Source: the human T2T-CHM13v2.0 reference genome, Homo sapiens
Reading direction: 5' to 3' (one strand)
DNA length: 64,000 nt
Assembly (NCBI RefSeq): GCF_009914755.1
Contig: NC_060929.1
The position numbers and the translations under genes were made by a program. Each line of letters opens with the position of its first letter. Position 1 is the first letter of the stretch. Below, in pieces: positions 33,663 to 47,914 of this stretch. The notes beneath the pieces were generated by a model. The model was not told the DNA's origin. It saw nothing but the letters and a program-made list of their open reading frames with translations, and did not search any database.

Positions 33663-36064
33663 TTAAACAAATTTAAAACTTCCAAATAGGCTAGGAATAA
33701 GTAAAATTATCTTTTTTTGCAAATGACAAGTTCAGTGAAGTTGCACTAGGCAAAATAAGCATACAAAAATAAGTAGCTCTTCTATGTACTAAGAAACTTT
33801 TAAGAAATTTAAAATAGAATCTTATTTATAATAGAATCAATAAAATAAAATACTTAGGGATAAATTTAACCAATGAGAGAAAGATCTGTATGCTAAAAAC
33901 CATAAAACATTTCATTAAAGAAACTGACAAAGAAATAAATAAATTTATACTTACGGCTCAGAAGAAATAATGTTGTAAAAATGTCTATATTACCCAAAGG
34001 GAACTACATATTCAGGGTAACCCTCACCAAAAATTCCTACGGCACTTTTGACACAAATGCAAAAAGCAGTTCTAATATTCATATTAAACCACAAAGGACC
34101 CCAAATACCCAAAATATTTTTGAACAACAACTACAAAAACAAAGCTGGGGCATCACACTATTTTCTTTCAAACTATACTACAAAGCTATCATAATCAAAA
34201 CTGCATAGTCTTGGCATAAGAACAGAAATACAGACCAATGAAACAGTATAGAGTGCCCAGAAATAATTTCACATATGTATGGTCAACTGATATTTAAATA
34301 AAATGCTAAAAACACATGAGGAAAAGGCATTCTCTTTATTAAATCTTTTTTTGCAAACTGGATATCCACATGCAGAAGAATGAAATCAAACCCTTATCTC
34401 ACACCATTTACAAAATCAACTGAAAGTGGATTAAAGACTTGAATGTAAGACCTGAAACTATAAAACTGCTAGAAGAAAACAAAGAAAAAAAGTTTATTGA
34501 CATTAGTCTGAGCAATAATTTTTAAGGCTTACGACTCCAAAAGCATAAACCTCCAAAGCAAAAAATATATACAAATGGGATTATACAAACTAGCAAGCTT
34601 CTGTATAGCAAAATAAACAACAGAGTGAAGAGACAACCTATGTAATAAGAGAAAATATTTGCAGCTGTACATCTGATATGGGGTTTATATCTAAATTATA
34701 TAAGGAGCTCACACAACTAAATAGCAAGAAGACAAATAGCCTGATTGAAAACGGGTAAAGAACCTGAATAGATATTTTCCACAGAAGACATACAAATGAC
34801 TAAAAGGTATTAAGAAAACATGCTCAAAATCACTAACCATCAGGGAAATGCAAATCAAAAGCATGAAAAGGTATTACCTGACACTTGTTAGAATAACTAT
34901 TATCAAAAGAACAAAAGACAATGAGTGTTGGTGAGGATGTAGAGACTAAAGAACCTTTGTGCACTGCTGATGGGAATGTAAATTAGTACAGGCATCTGTA
35001 TATCCACCTCAAAAAATTAGAAATAGAACTACTACATGACTTAGCTGTCCCACTTCTGGATATATATTCAAAGGAAAGGAAATCAATGTGTTGAAAAGAA
35101 CTCCCAAGTTTACTGCAGCACTAATCACAATAGCCAAAATATGAAATTAACATAAGTGGCCACTGAGGGATAAAGGAAATGTGATATACATATTAAGTGG
35201 AATAATATTCAGCATTAAAAAAAACTGTCATTTGCAAAAACATTAATTGAAGTTGCATAACATTGAGTTAAATAGCCAGGCCTAAAAAGACAAATTCTGC
35301 ACTTGTATGCTAAATCTAAAAAACCTGAACTCACAGAAACAGAGAGTATAATGGCAGTTACCAGGAGCTGTAGTTTGGGGCAGGGAAGGGAGATGACAGA
35401 GGAAATAGGAAGTTGGTGTGAAAATAAAGCTCAATCAAACTTACAGAAGTTAGAAAATCATGGGGGAAAAATGACTAAAGAAATATGAAAACCTCCAGGA
35501 AAATGGGTCTTAACATGACTAATCACTTAAAATGTCAATAAACTAAACACTCCAGTTAAAAGAGTGTCAGATTAGATTAAAAAGTAAATACCTTATTCTT
35601 TTCCATCTACAATAAACTCACTTTTATATAAATAGATTGTTGAAAATAAAAAGAGGGAGAAGTATATACTACATAAACACTGACTAAAAAAAGCTGGACA
35701 ACCTCTGTTAATTTCGGACAAAGTAAACTTTAGAAAAAAAAATTATTAGACATAAAAATGTACCTTATTCGTAGATACTGGAGGTAAGGACTGCAAAATA
35801 AAACCTCCTGGAATATACAAATCATTTACAGAAAAATAAATGTTATAAGAAAGATGCTAACTGATGTTATATAGTGTATATAATAAAAATATGTGTAGGC
35901 ATATTTAGACATTTTTGTCTTTTTACAATAATATAAATATGCTAAGTATAAAGTTACTGATTCTAAGACCTAGATATTTTATATGTGAGTCCAAATAAAG
36001 CCACAATTATGAATCCCGAATTCACATGAATTGGATAAACATTATATATTGAAAAACAGTGGTT

Positions 36065-36350
36065 TTATATGTATGTATAAAATATATACGTATGTGTACA
36101 TGTATACATAATGTACATAAATTATGTATTATACATAACACAATAAATATGTTGTTATATGTATTATATATTATATTATTACATATATATGTATATTACA
36201 TCACCTATGTGTAACATATAACCTATATCATATATGTATATATTACATATATTTACATGTATTATATAATATGTATTTAACATATCATATGTATTGACAT
36301 GTTATATATAATATGTACACATATACATATGATATATGTATATTAAATTA
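36065..36350. repeat. Degenerate AT-rich (TA/TATG) low-complexity tract
   Basis: About 290 bp of alternating tatat/tatgt/tacat words. Confidence 0.85.
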
Positions 36351-38092
36351 CTTGACATGTTCCAAAAAGCCATGTAAATATATTGAGTAAAGGATTTAGA
36401 TCTTTTTAATTGTGAGGTAAATAATGCTGATGGAAAATGAGTCTGGGCAGAATGTTATATATTCATTAAATGTTGGATAGCATTATGGAATCATGATTTT
36501 AGGTGGAGTAAATACTAAGAGAAATGTTTTAGTTTACTTTGTCAAATCTACTGATGCAAGTTCGTTTTTCCCCCAACATTTTTATGATTTCTTTTTCATT
36601 CATTTCACATAGCTAAATTATTGTTTATCATTCCATTGTAGATTCTATTGTAGACTTTGATGAGAGGAAATATCATGCTAATTTATATTTAATGAATATA
36701 GTTTAATTCGGCCTATGAGTTCATTTCAAAACACCAGAGGTGAAAGTTCTTGATTTTCTGACCTATTTCCCTTGAGAGGTTTATTTCCTCCATTATAATA
36801 TAAACTGATGGACTGGATGTTGATTTTTACAGCCCCTGCTCTATGAATTGTACCTGGAGTGATAGAAAGCTACAGTTTGGCAACTAAGTTTCTGTCCTTC
36901 TTTGCTTTCCTCAGGTTTCATCTACTGAGGTTTAGCTGGATAGAGTTAGGATTGCATCCTAACAAATTTTTACTTTTTGTCTGTTTCCCTGTGAACCAGC
37001 TACATTAATGAAATATAGATTAGAATGTAGTGCAAACATGAAATGTGAATGATCTGGTCTTAAGCACTTTCCTTTTCTGTCAGTTTTTTTTTTTGTTATT
37101 TTAAGCATTAACAGAAACATTGTTTTCCAAGATACTATCAATCTTCACTGAGATTCACAGGGCAGAGACAGTTGAGGACCTCATTGTATATCAACTCTTT
37201 TAATTGTATTGCTAGGGCTTTGAAATTTATGGTGAGGATTATGCTACTCGCTATCATGCCTGTAACTCAGAAATTATTAGTGAGACTTTTAAAATGTTCC
37301 TCACTTAATGAAAGGTTTGAAGTGTGAAAGGTGAAAAATAAGTGCTAACCTAGAATTCTATATCAAGTGAAAATATTAAGCAAAACAAATTTAACTAAAA
37401 ATATAAAGGCTAGAATGAGTGACTCTAAAATGTAGAAAATGATGTAAGACACCCAAATAGTACAACCACTTGAAAAAATGTTTGGCAATTAGACTTCTAA
37501 GTATTTATTTAAGATAAATAAATACTGTTACAAAAGCCTTTACATACAACATAACTGCCAAAATTAGGAAAGATGCCCAATGTTCAACAACACAGTAAAT
37601 AAATAAAGTATAATATTTTACACACTAAGTTACTACACAGCAAGCTGTGAAAGGCACCATTTTTCTCAAATTAGAAAAACAAAAACAAACAAAAAATAAT
37701 TAAAAAAATAATACTTCATAGACCAGAAACCTTTTATGTGTGTATCATTTGTTTTTATATTTCTCAGAGCCTGTAGAAGTAAGCTCACTATATTCTCTAC
37801 TCTGGCATGACCCACTGTTTTGAGAAGGAATTTATATTTCAGCCTGAAAGCAAAGAAGTCAAAGAACAGGATTGTGAGGAGGTGCTGTCAGATTGACAAA
37901 TGATGGTCTTAGAGACCCGAGATGGGACTGGGAGAAGAAAATAGACCCAGGGTTGCTTAAGGGACATTGTGGCAGTAAACAGAAAGACTACGATGAAAGA
38001 GAAAAGCAAAGTTAAAAACAAAAACAGGACATTAAAAACAAACAAAGAAATGTACATAAGTATCTAGGAACTGACCTATTTTCAATATTTAC

Positions 38093-38253
38093 TTTTTTTT
38101 TTTTTTTTTTTGAGACAGGATTTCACTCTGTCACCCAGGCTAGAGTGCAGTGTGTGAACACAGCTCACTGCAGCCTCAAACTCTTGACCTCAGGCAACAG
38201 TCTCACCTCAGCCTTCTGAGTAACTGGGATTACAGGCATGAGCAGTAGCCTGG
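38093..38253 (-). mobile_element. Alu right monomer (FRAM/AluJ-like)
   Basis: Poly-T plus single monomer; atattt on both flanks. Confidence 0.8.
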
Positions 38254-38266
38254 TATATTTGTATAC

Positions 38267-38609
38267 CGTATTAGACTGTTTGGGCTGTCACAACAGACTA
38301 CCACAGACTGAGTGGGTTAAACAAGAGAAATTGATTTCTCAATTTCTGAAGGCCAGGGAGTTTGATATCAAGGTGTCAATCCTATTCCTGGTGAGGGGTC
38401 TCTTCCAGGCTTGCAGAGAGACTTTCACACTGTGTCCTTACATGATAGAGGAAAAAAGCTCTGGTGATCCTTCTTCTTAAAAGAGTCTCCCCCCAATGAA
38501 CTCATTTAACCTTTTCACCTTCTACAGGCTTTATCTCCTAATTATAGTCATATAGGGTGTCGGGGCTTCAACATATGAAATTGGGTGAGACACAATTTAG
38601 TTGATAACA
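38267..38609 (-). mobile_element. MLT1A/B-like MaLR LTR
   Basis: taccacagactgagtgggttaaacaa..ggcttcaacatatgaaattggg..gacacaatttag. Confidence 0.75.
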
Positions 38610-38804
38610 TATATAACATTTTGAAAATTGTCAGACATAAAATGGAGGCACTTTTGTCAGATCCTGGCAAAATGGAGTTAGGTGGCCATGAAGGGAGGGT
38701 TCTCATGCACCTATGCCAGGTAACAAGGACTATCACAAAAGACTACAAGAAACGTAGCCTCGCACAAAGGCCACCTCAACCTCACACAAAAAATCTTTAT
38801 GTGA

Positions 38805-39229
<425 letters not shown>

Positions 39230-40029
39230 TCCTCATTGTTAAAGACCCTTGTCTCTCTTTACTTCTCTGAATATGCCCATGCATATTCCCATTGTAATAC
39301 TCATTCTCAATAAATGTATTTTATTTGGAGATTGTTTCTCTGTCTGTTATTTAGGTCAAAATAATCTGATGTCAAGAAGTAGGGTGGTAGCACACTTGCC
39401 TCAGACGGATCAGCAGCCTATGGGATAGCGCATGGTGCTGACTGAGCCCTTTGTATCCTTTGCTCCTGTGAGTCACCTTTTCTGCCCTGGTGAATCCCCT
39501 TCTGGAATTCTAAAAATTCTTTGTTTTGATTTTACTCGAGATGTCGGCTTTGTTATAAGGCCACCTTTATTAAAGGTCTTTGCATACTTCTTGGTACTAT
39601 AAAAGGCTTATGTCTTTTCTGGGCAAGCCCTTTCTTGTATGAGAACAGCATCTTCTTGGAGAGGTTTATACACAACTTACATTCTGTCTGTGAGCTATGT
39701 ATTTTCTGGTGAATATATTTTCATTTTTTGTTTTTTGCCTGTATTGCTTAATATTTTGCTTTGTCTCCATATCCAGCTTAACATTATTGTGAGTACTGTT
39801 ATTTTGGTTTCATTTTGGTTTGGTTACAGGCATCTGCAAATGCTTTCGCTCTTTTATCTTTCCCTGCTTGTTTCTGAACATCTTCCAAGAGCAAAAAAGT
39901 AACATTCTAAACAGCAGGCATGGTATGGCCAATTAAAAGCTACTAGGGCATTCACCACCATCTATGAGAAAATCTTGTCACTGAAGAAAGTCCCCTGTGG
40001 TAAGATAAATGCCACATACAGGCAAGATC

Positions 40030-40799
40030 ACCAAATGGGATAGTTCCCTTGACCTCTTCATGGAACTCGTGAAGCAGGTGGCTCATTTACTCAGCCCACA
40101 GCTCTCAACCCCTCTTGGGAGGGGGAGCATGCAGGTAAGCGAGTGCAGCAACCGGGATGAGTGCTTCTGGGCACTGGCACGAATAGGACTCTATGCAGCC
40201 CCGTGGCAGTAGGGGGATAACCATGATCCCCAGAGCCCCAGAGTGCATGTGTTACAGTGTGCCCTTTCAGCTTTGCCATCCACGGATGGCTTCAGTGTTT
40301 AACAGCTCAGTGTGACAGCCCTCGGTATCTAGAGCTCTTGACTGGTGTCCAGGAAGGATCAGGTCGCACGAATGAATTGAAGATGATATATGCAGAGAAT
40401 TTATTGCAGATGAAAGTCGCTCTCAGCAGTATGGGCAGCTGAAAAGGGGAAGGAATGAGAAAGTGATCTTCACCTGGAGTTTAGCCATCCCCGGCTGAAC
40501 TTTTCTCCAAAGTCCCACCGTCAAACCATCCCTCTGAAGTCAAGTTGCTCCTCCCCCACGTGCAGCTGCGTCTTCTCTCCTTCGCTGCTCTGCCACTCTG
40601 CTGGTGGGGCCTGGAGTTTTTCTGAGTACAGGATGAGGGGAGGTACAGGCCAGGGTGGTTTTGGAGAAGGCAACATTCTGGCAAAAAAAACCAGGGATGC
40701 ATGTTCTCATTTTGTGCCGCAGGTCCAGGCTTTAGTGTGTGGCCCTTTCCAGGGACCACCCTCTTCTACCCAGTATTTCCCTGCCTCCTGTTCATATCA
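40030..40799 (-). mobile_element. ERV1 solo LTR of the LTR1/LTR27/LTR28/MER52 group
   Basis: Sense start TGATATGAACAGGAGGCAGGGAAATACTGGGTAGAAGAGGG; GC-richer than flanks. Confidence 0.75.
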
Positions 40800-41783
40800 C
40801 TAGGGCATCTGCCAGTCTTAAGAAAATATATGTGCTACTAGAAAAACCTTGGTCACAGGGTGGACAACTAGGGCATTGGCCATTCACCAAGTACAAAAGG
40901 AAGTATCTTGTGCTAGGCACACTGTAAAACAAAGCACCAGTCGAAATGGCTGATGTTCCCGATAGGGTTTATATATGTTCTTCTTTGTTTCTTTTTTTCT
41001 CTGAAGACATCAATAAGATATAAAATGGGATTCACAAAATTCTAAGGCATGGCTAAAGCTCTGGAATGCCAGCCTGCTGCACATTCAAAGTTTAAGGCCC
41101 ATTCTCAAGCATATTTTTAAACTGATAGGCAAATTACACCAAGGATAATTTATGGCCATTATGGGAAATAGTTGAACTCCCTAAGCATGATTTTCTTATA
41201 AAACTGCAACTACATAGTTAAAAGTCAGAATATTTTAACACCTAAAAGCTTCTAAACTTTCAATTTCTTTTTTTTCCTCTACCTACTTTGAAATTCTGAC
41301 TTTTCTTCTCGTATTAATATATAACTCATGGCTGAAATTGTTGTTATGATACAAATTGAAAGATTGATAGTCTAAAAAAAAGAACCTGATAAGTGCTTAT
41401 AAAAATTAGAATCTCAGATCAAACAAGTTTGCTTATTAACCACTCATGCCTTGCAAAAATCTTGAGTACAGAGGTATAATAAAATGTGTCTCTGTCCAGC
41501 ATAGAAATTTCCTTGTCTGCCACACATAGGCCAAAGAAAAAGCCAAAAACACTTCAAATAATCCTTTGAAAATTATTTTAAAGTGTGTTCCCCACCTGGA
41601 CTGATTAGTCAAGCAACCAGACCAGCAAACAAAACCAAGATAAATGTATTACTAAATTCACGGTCACCTGAAGGTTTGTTTTTCCAGTGAGTCCTAGCGA
41701 AAATGTAAACATCTGAGAAACTAACCCATAAAATCACTTAAAACTATAAAACATGGTAAAATAAGGCTTTTAAAAAATCAAAC

Positions 41784-42613
41784 TGAAATGGGAAAAGTTC
41801 CCTTGTCCTCCTTGCAGGGCATTTGATGGGGGTGTGGCTCCCTTCTTCAGTGTCCCGCTGCTTAAACGTCTAGGGGAGCATACGGACGGACGGGCAGGCT
41901 ACAGGGCTCTGACCCCACAGCAGTGTCTAAGGGTGAATATTTGCAGTTGAAGCCCCAGTGGGCGTGTGTTATACGGTGCTCTTTTTTTTTAGTTTAGCCC
42001 TCCATAAGTGGCTTGTGTTAATCAGCTTCATCAGACCTCTGCCTTATCGCAAGGACAGAGGGCTTTGCATATCCTGGGATTCTTGCCTTGGTGTACCAGA
42101 AGAATTGGATCACACGTGGGCTGAAAAAATGAGTGCAAGGTTTTATTGAGTGGAAGTAGTTCTCAGCAAATGGGGGAGCCAGAAGGGAGATGGGTTTCCC
42201 CTGAAGTCTGGCCACTCAGCAGCCCAAGCTCTCCTCCAACTGCCCTGGCCAAACTTCACGTTGTTCTGCTGGTTGGTGGCCCGCTGGTGTGCAGGTGTCA
42301 GCTGATGTGCTACTCTCCACATCCAGCCACCTGTATGTTCCTCTGCTGATGTGCTCCTCTCGATGTCCAGCTGCCTGTGTGTCTGCCTGCTAGGGTCCTG
42401 GGGATTTTATGGGCACAGGATAGGGCATGGCAGGCCAAGGTTGTCTTTGGAAATGCAGCATTTGGGCAGGAAAACAAAAATGCCTGTCCTCACCTAGGTC
42501 CCTGGGCACAGGCCAGGAGGTGGATCCCTAAGCTAGGGACCATGCCCTTCCTCCCTTCCATATCATTTAAAAGGACCATGCTCTTCCCTTCCCAGCACTT
42601 CCCTTCCATATCA
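41784..42613 (-). mobile_element. ERV1 solo LTR related to the previous one (different subfamily)
   Basis: TG..CA ends, exact 4-bp TSD aaac at 41780-41783 and 42614-42617. Confidence 0.8.
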
Positions 42614-45600
42614 AAACTGCTATGAAAACTATTTTACCCAAATATAGAGTCTACAGCCTCCATAAAATTAACTCTCAAGGGCAAATGAAAACTAAGAGTT
42701 TTCTGTTATTGTTCATCTGTATGTTTTTATGGCTTCGTGTTGAAATATCATGTGTATATAATATTTAATTTACATAGAGCTCTATTTAATTGGCTAGAAA
42801 AAATAAGTTCTTAAATCAAGTAATTTTTCAAAAATGTAGTAAGTAATCTAAGTGTTTTTAAGTTCACATGACTTGGGTGAATCTTTGGTAGATAAACTGA
42901 TGTTAAAAAAATTGTTGGTTAAATAAAAATAGAAATATCTTCGGAATTGTCTGCCTATATTTTTGCCTTTGCTTAATCATCAGACTGTTTTTTTTTCTCT
43001 GCTAGATGTTTGACAGTCATAAAACTATAAATCTAGTCTCCAAAGAAAAATGGTCTTTGTGTAATTTTTTAATGAATGAAACTAGTTTAATATTTATATA
43101 ATCTTTTAAAAGCTACATCATCTAAGTAATTGGAAAAACACCTATATATTTAACTTTTAAGTACTTAGGTGAATATGTGATGATCAAATACTCTAAAAAT
43201 GGTTGACAGAAAAATAATTGGAGATGACAGGTTGGTCTCTGTTTTCATAAGTAATCTGGGTATAAATGTTAAAAATAAATAAATTAGGTAAGTGTAAATG
43301 AGATCAATGTTTACAAATGAACTTTTGTTGTAATTTGAAGTCTTAAAGTCATATTATGTTAAATGAAGTGATAGATACTCATTAATCTCCGGGTCATTTC
43401 CAAATAAGACAAAATATGGAAGCATTAATTACTTAACATAGGTTCTAATTTATTTACTTTTGGCTTTTTGAATTTTATAAGAAGGTAGTTGATATTTGGG
43501 TTTGCTAATAAATGTGTCCTATTCCACATTGAAAGATTGTTTTATGAGACAATGTATGTTTCTCTAAATTATAAGATGTATATTCAGAAGCTGTTGGTGC
43601 ATGACAAGCAATACAAAATTGCTTACTTCCTAGGTTTTTCACTAAAAATTAAAGTTAGTAAGGGGTAAACATTTTACTTAAATTGTGCAATTCTATCTGC
43701 AAAGTATATAAGAAAGATGTGCTTTTTCTGAGATACAATTATTTTAAAATAATAAGTTTTGTTAAAAATGAATATTTTGTCACCTTTAAGATTATTTGAA
43801 GGTTATTTCAAAATATGGATTCAAGAAGAAAATAAAAACAGGACAGAAACCAATGACTAGAAGAGAGATGCAAAGAAATTTATTAGTATGTGGATATACA
43901 CATTTTTGGTAAGAAAGTTTATAAAATAATTTTATTTAAGAAATAATCTTGTATGGTCAAAATGGTAAAGAAAAAAGGAGAGTAAATTTTTGTTCTAAGG
44001 TAGAATGAAAAACAATTGGTTATTTTGATATGAAAAAGAAGAAAGTGTAGGACAGAACTGAATGCTTTAGCAAGTTATAAAATGTTTGAGATAATTGCAA
44101 AAGGTTTATAAAAGATGACTCTTATGAAAGGAATGTTGTGCACAATGAAGTTGACTGAAATTAAAAACTAGAAGCAAATTGTATATAACTAGTTCTAAAA
44201 ATTAAGAATTAATTCACTGATGGATAACCAAATCTACTTCTCTATGTTTAAAGAAAGAAGGCTTTCTTTAGGTATTTCTATGTTCTTGGTAAAAATAAAA
44301 ATAAATTGCAAAAGGCTTTGATTTTTTAATTATGAATTTTTCTATGAATGTTTATCTTCTGAACTGCAGACTTTTTGATTTTGACAGGTTTCATTTAATT
44401 TCTCAAGTTTTAGGTTAAAAATAGTAATTTTATTTCTCAAAATAGTTTTTCTTTTCCAGTTTTTCACGTTCATATCTCAGAATTTCAACCTGTGTTGTAT
44501 GTCACTGCACATGATTTGCAGGTCATGCATTATTGCTTTTAGCTCTTCCTTCTTATTTCCTGGGGACATTCTGACTCTGCTGTTGTTACTCAATGCTGAA
44601 AATGTTTGTCTGGAAAGCTCAGGGTAGCAATCAGTATACCATGACTTTGTACTCTTGGCTTTTTTGATGTGTCTAAATTATTCTGTGTGATCAGGAAATT
44701 CCATGTGCTTTTATTTTTCTGAAAGCCATATATTCTCCTTCTCAAGGTACTGGTTCTCTTATTTACATCTTCTACAATAATATTACTTACACTCAACGTT
44801 GGGTTAACACTTTCCTAGTATCCAATTGAATTCAAGTACTTTATCATCAGGTTTGACTTTCAGATTCTCTAAATGGGCTTCCTATTAAAAAGCAATCACA
44901 CTGCTATTCATTCCTTTTTAGAAAGTTTGGCCTAGAAAAACAAATACATCTTATCAAAATAATTTCCTGTGTCTTGTTGTTTTGTATTTTTTTTTAAATG
45001 AAGGTCTCTAATTACTTAGGAAAAGTGAACCCTTAAAGCATTAAGTTTTTATATCTATGTAAATCTCAGTATTTGCTTTCAAAATCTTTTGTCACTTTGG
45101 TTAAGTGAATGACAATTATTTTACAATGATAAATGATTCTGTCTTAATTAAAAACCATTTGACATCCTTGGCAGGTTTTCTCAGTATAAGAGTTCTAAAT
45201 TAAGTCTTTTTGACTTCAGATTTACTTTTGCATTTTCCACATGTGCCCAGGAGAGCATCAAAGAATGTATCTGTCATCTTGTAGAGATGCTAAACTAGTT
45301 AGGTTTGTTTGATGTATTAAATTGTATAGGAAATATTGTCAAATAATAAAATGATGCCAGATCATTTTATTACTTGACAATAATAAATTATTGTCAAATA
45401 ATAATTTATTATTTTTAATATCATGTTATATTTGTATGTATGTGTTATTCCTATGAATGTTCCAAAGATTATGTGAAATTTATAAAAATCTGAGGTCATG
45501 GTAAGATGCTGTCAGGTATGATTCTGGTCGTCATCTTAAAATGCTTTATACAATAGGAATAAATAAATTTCTGTGTCAATTTTTCATTATGATAAACTCT

Positions 45601-46059
45601 CATAATATTTTTAACCGGGTCTATTTTAAGTTTTTGTCATCTATGGTTATTATTTTAATTTTTCTCTATACACATCTGCAATCAGATTCATGGAAAAGAC
45701 TAATAAGTACTTTCAAATATTTCTGATAACTTTAAAATCATTGGATAAAGAAAAATATGTAGAAATCTAATTAAGAAACTGATGAATTCATGTAACTTCT
45801 GAGATCAAGCAGAACAAGAATTAATTATGTAAATGAGAACAGGCATTTCTGGTTTTGCCCCAAATATTGCCCCCATCTGCCCCCATATGAACCCTAAATC
45901 CCAAGCTCCAGAGCAGACCAGCAGACCAGCAGACCAGCAGACCAAAGACAGTGGAATGACACAGCAGAGAAAGAGAGAGGAGGGACATCCAGATGCTGAG
46001 GAAAGTTTGGCTGGAGGGGTTGGAGAAGAGTCCAGCCACTGGGTGGCCTGACTCCAGGG

Positions 46060-46562
46060 TGTTCTAAATAAAGTTTCAGTGCCGCAAAAGAAACAGCACT
46101 CGAATATAAAATTTTCTTTTTAATTCTCAGCAAGACAATGTACTTTTATAGAAGGGTGCGCCCTTACAGATGGAGCAATGGTGAGTGCACACTTGGACAA
46201 GGGAGAGGAAGGGGTTCTTATCTCTGACGCAGGTGGCCCCTGCTGCTATGTCCTTCCCATATTGGCTAGGGTTAGACCGCACAGGCTAAACTGATTCTGA
46301 TTGGCTAATTTAAAGAGAGTGACGGGGTGAGTTGTTTGGCTGGAAAAATGGTTATGCAGGGTGGAAAATGAGTCAGGGAGGAGCAGGTAGCAGGTAATCG
46401 GAATGAGTCAGGGTGGAGCAGGTGATTGAAATGAGTCAGGGTGGAGCAGGTAATCAGAAAAGGTTGCTTTATGAGGAAGTTAAGTTTAAAAGTAGAAGGC
46501 AAAGTATTGAACATATTGATATATTGATTCTTTGAAAATAAATCTAGAACAAATATCTAACA
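46060..46562 (-). mobile_element. LTR10A/F-like (HERV-I group) solo LTR
   Basis: Sense start TGTTAGATATTTGTTCTAGATTT..CAAAGAATCAATAT..CCTTCTACTTTTAAACTTAACTTCC; TSD aggg/aggc; tandem TGAGTCA units. Confidence 0.8.
46369..46438. promoter_or_regulatory. Three consensus AP-1 sites (TGAGTCA) in the LTR10 tandem repeat
   Basis: TGAGTCA at 46369-46375, 46404-46410 and 46432-46438. Motifs are seen; activity is not shown. Confidence 0.6.
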
Positions 46563-47595
46563 AGGCGAAGATCACCTTCCTTCCCACTCCATCCCCTCTT
46601 CTGGCTCTCCATTCATCTTGCTGAGAGCCACCTCCACCACTCAATAATAACCGTGCACTTTTCTGTTGAGCCATTGTGTGATCTGATTCTTCCATTACAC
46701 CAGGCAAGAGCTCAGGATACAGAAGGCTGTCACATTGGCCCTCTGCCCTTGTGATAAGGCAGAGGGGCCATTGAGCTGATTAACACTCAAGCCATCTGCA
46801 GACAGCAAAGCTGAAAGAGTTTTGTAACACTGGGGTTGCAGGCTCCCCCTCCTAGACACCACTGCGAGGCCGAGAACACAAAGCACTCACCCCAGTCTCT
46901 GCACCTGTCCGTCTGCATGCGCCCCCTAGGGGTTTGAGCTGCAGGGTGACCAAACAGAGGAGCCACACCTGTTGCACGTCCTGTGAGGGGAATCAGGAGA
47001 CTCTCCCGTTTCAATTACATGAGATTAAATATCTGATAAAATAACCTTTTTATGACTATTTTTTGAAACATTGTTGTTCTTTCCTTAAATAATCTGTTTC
47101 CCAGATTTAAAGAAACATTCTTTTTAAGCAATCTATAGTTTGCAGCAATATAATAAAGTATAATTTTGTGAACAAAAGTGCAAACATTTATTTTTCCTTC
47201 CTAATTGATCCCTCCAAAATTCAGAAATGATTAATGAGTATTCTTATTTTTATGTTAATATGGTTCTTGGCATAGGTTCGATGAGAATCTGCTCTCTTCA
47301 TAGCAGAATACAATTGAAAACATTAATTGTATGAGCCAAGGTTTGACTGGGATGTCATATTTCAAATGTTTAGAGGTACTGTAGAGAAAGCCTGAGGTCT
47401 GCCTTGGCTTGGCCTTCTAGCCTTGAGAGGTTTTGAAATGTTTAATCTCAGATTACTATGTGGCCAATCGCTGTTCTTGCTAAACTTATGAAAATGATTA
47501 GGCCAAATTTCGCAAAACCAATTATACAAACAAATTAGCCTTACTCTGTTCATCTTTGTTAGAATTCAGGGTTGCTGCGGGGAAAAACAATAATT

Positions 47596-47914
47596 TTTTT
47601 TTCTTTTTTTTTTTTTTTTTTTTTTTTTTTTGAGACGGAGCCTAACTCTGTCACCCAGGCTGGAGCACAGTGGCACGATCTCCACTTGCTGCAAGCTCCG
47701 CCTCCCGGATTCACGCCATTCTCCTGTCTCAGCCTCCGGAGTAGCTGGGACTACAGGTACCCGCCACCACGCCTGGCTAATTTTTTTTGTATTTTTAGTA
47801 GAGACGGGGTTTCACCGTGTTACCCAGGATGGTCTCGATCTCCTGACCTCGTGATCCTTCCACCTAGGCCTCCCAAAGTGCTGGGATTACAGGCGTAAGC
47901 CACCGCACCAGGCC
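47596..47914 (-). mobile_element. AluY
   Basis: Long poly-T, gcaagctccgcctcccgg, ggtctcgatctcctgacctcgtgatcc. Confidence 0.93.

Larger units (their letters stand above)
45828..47013 (+). mobile_element. LTR1-group ERV1 solo LTR split by an LTR10
   Basis: TG..CA ends, TSD atta (45824-45827, 47014-47017); homologous to the 40030 and 41784 LTRs in opposite orientation (ggcagaggg..gagctgattaacac); gcagacca-type short repeat at ~45913-45944. Confidence 0.78.
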
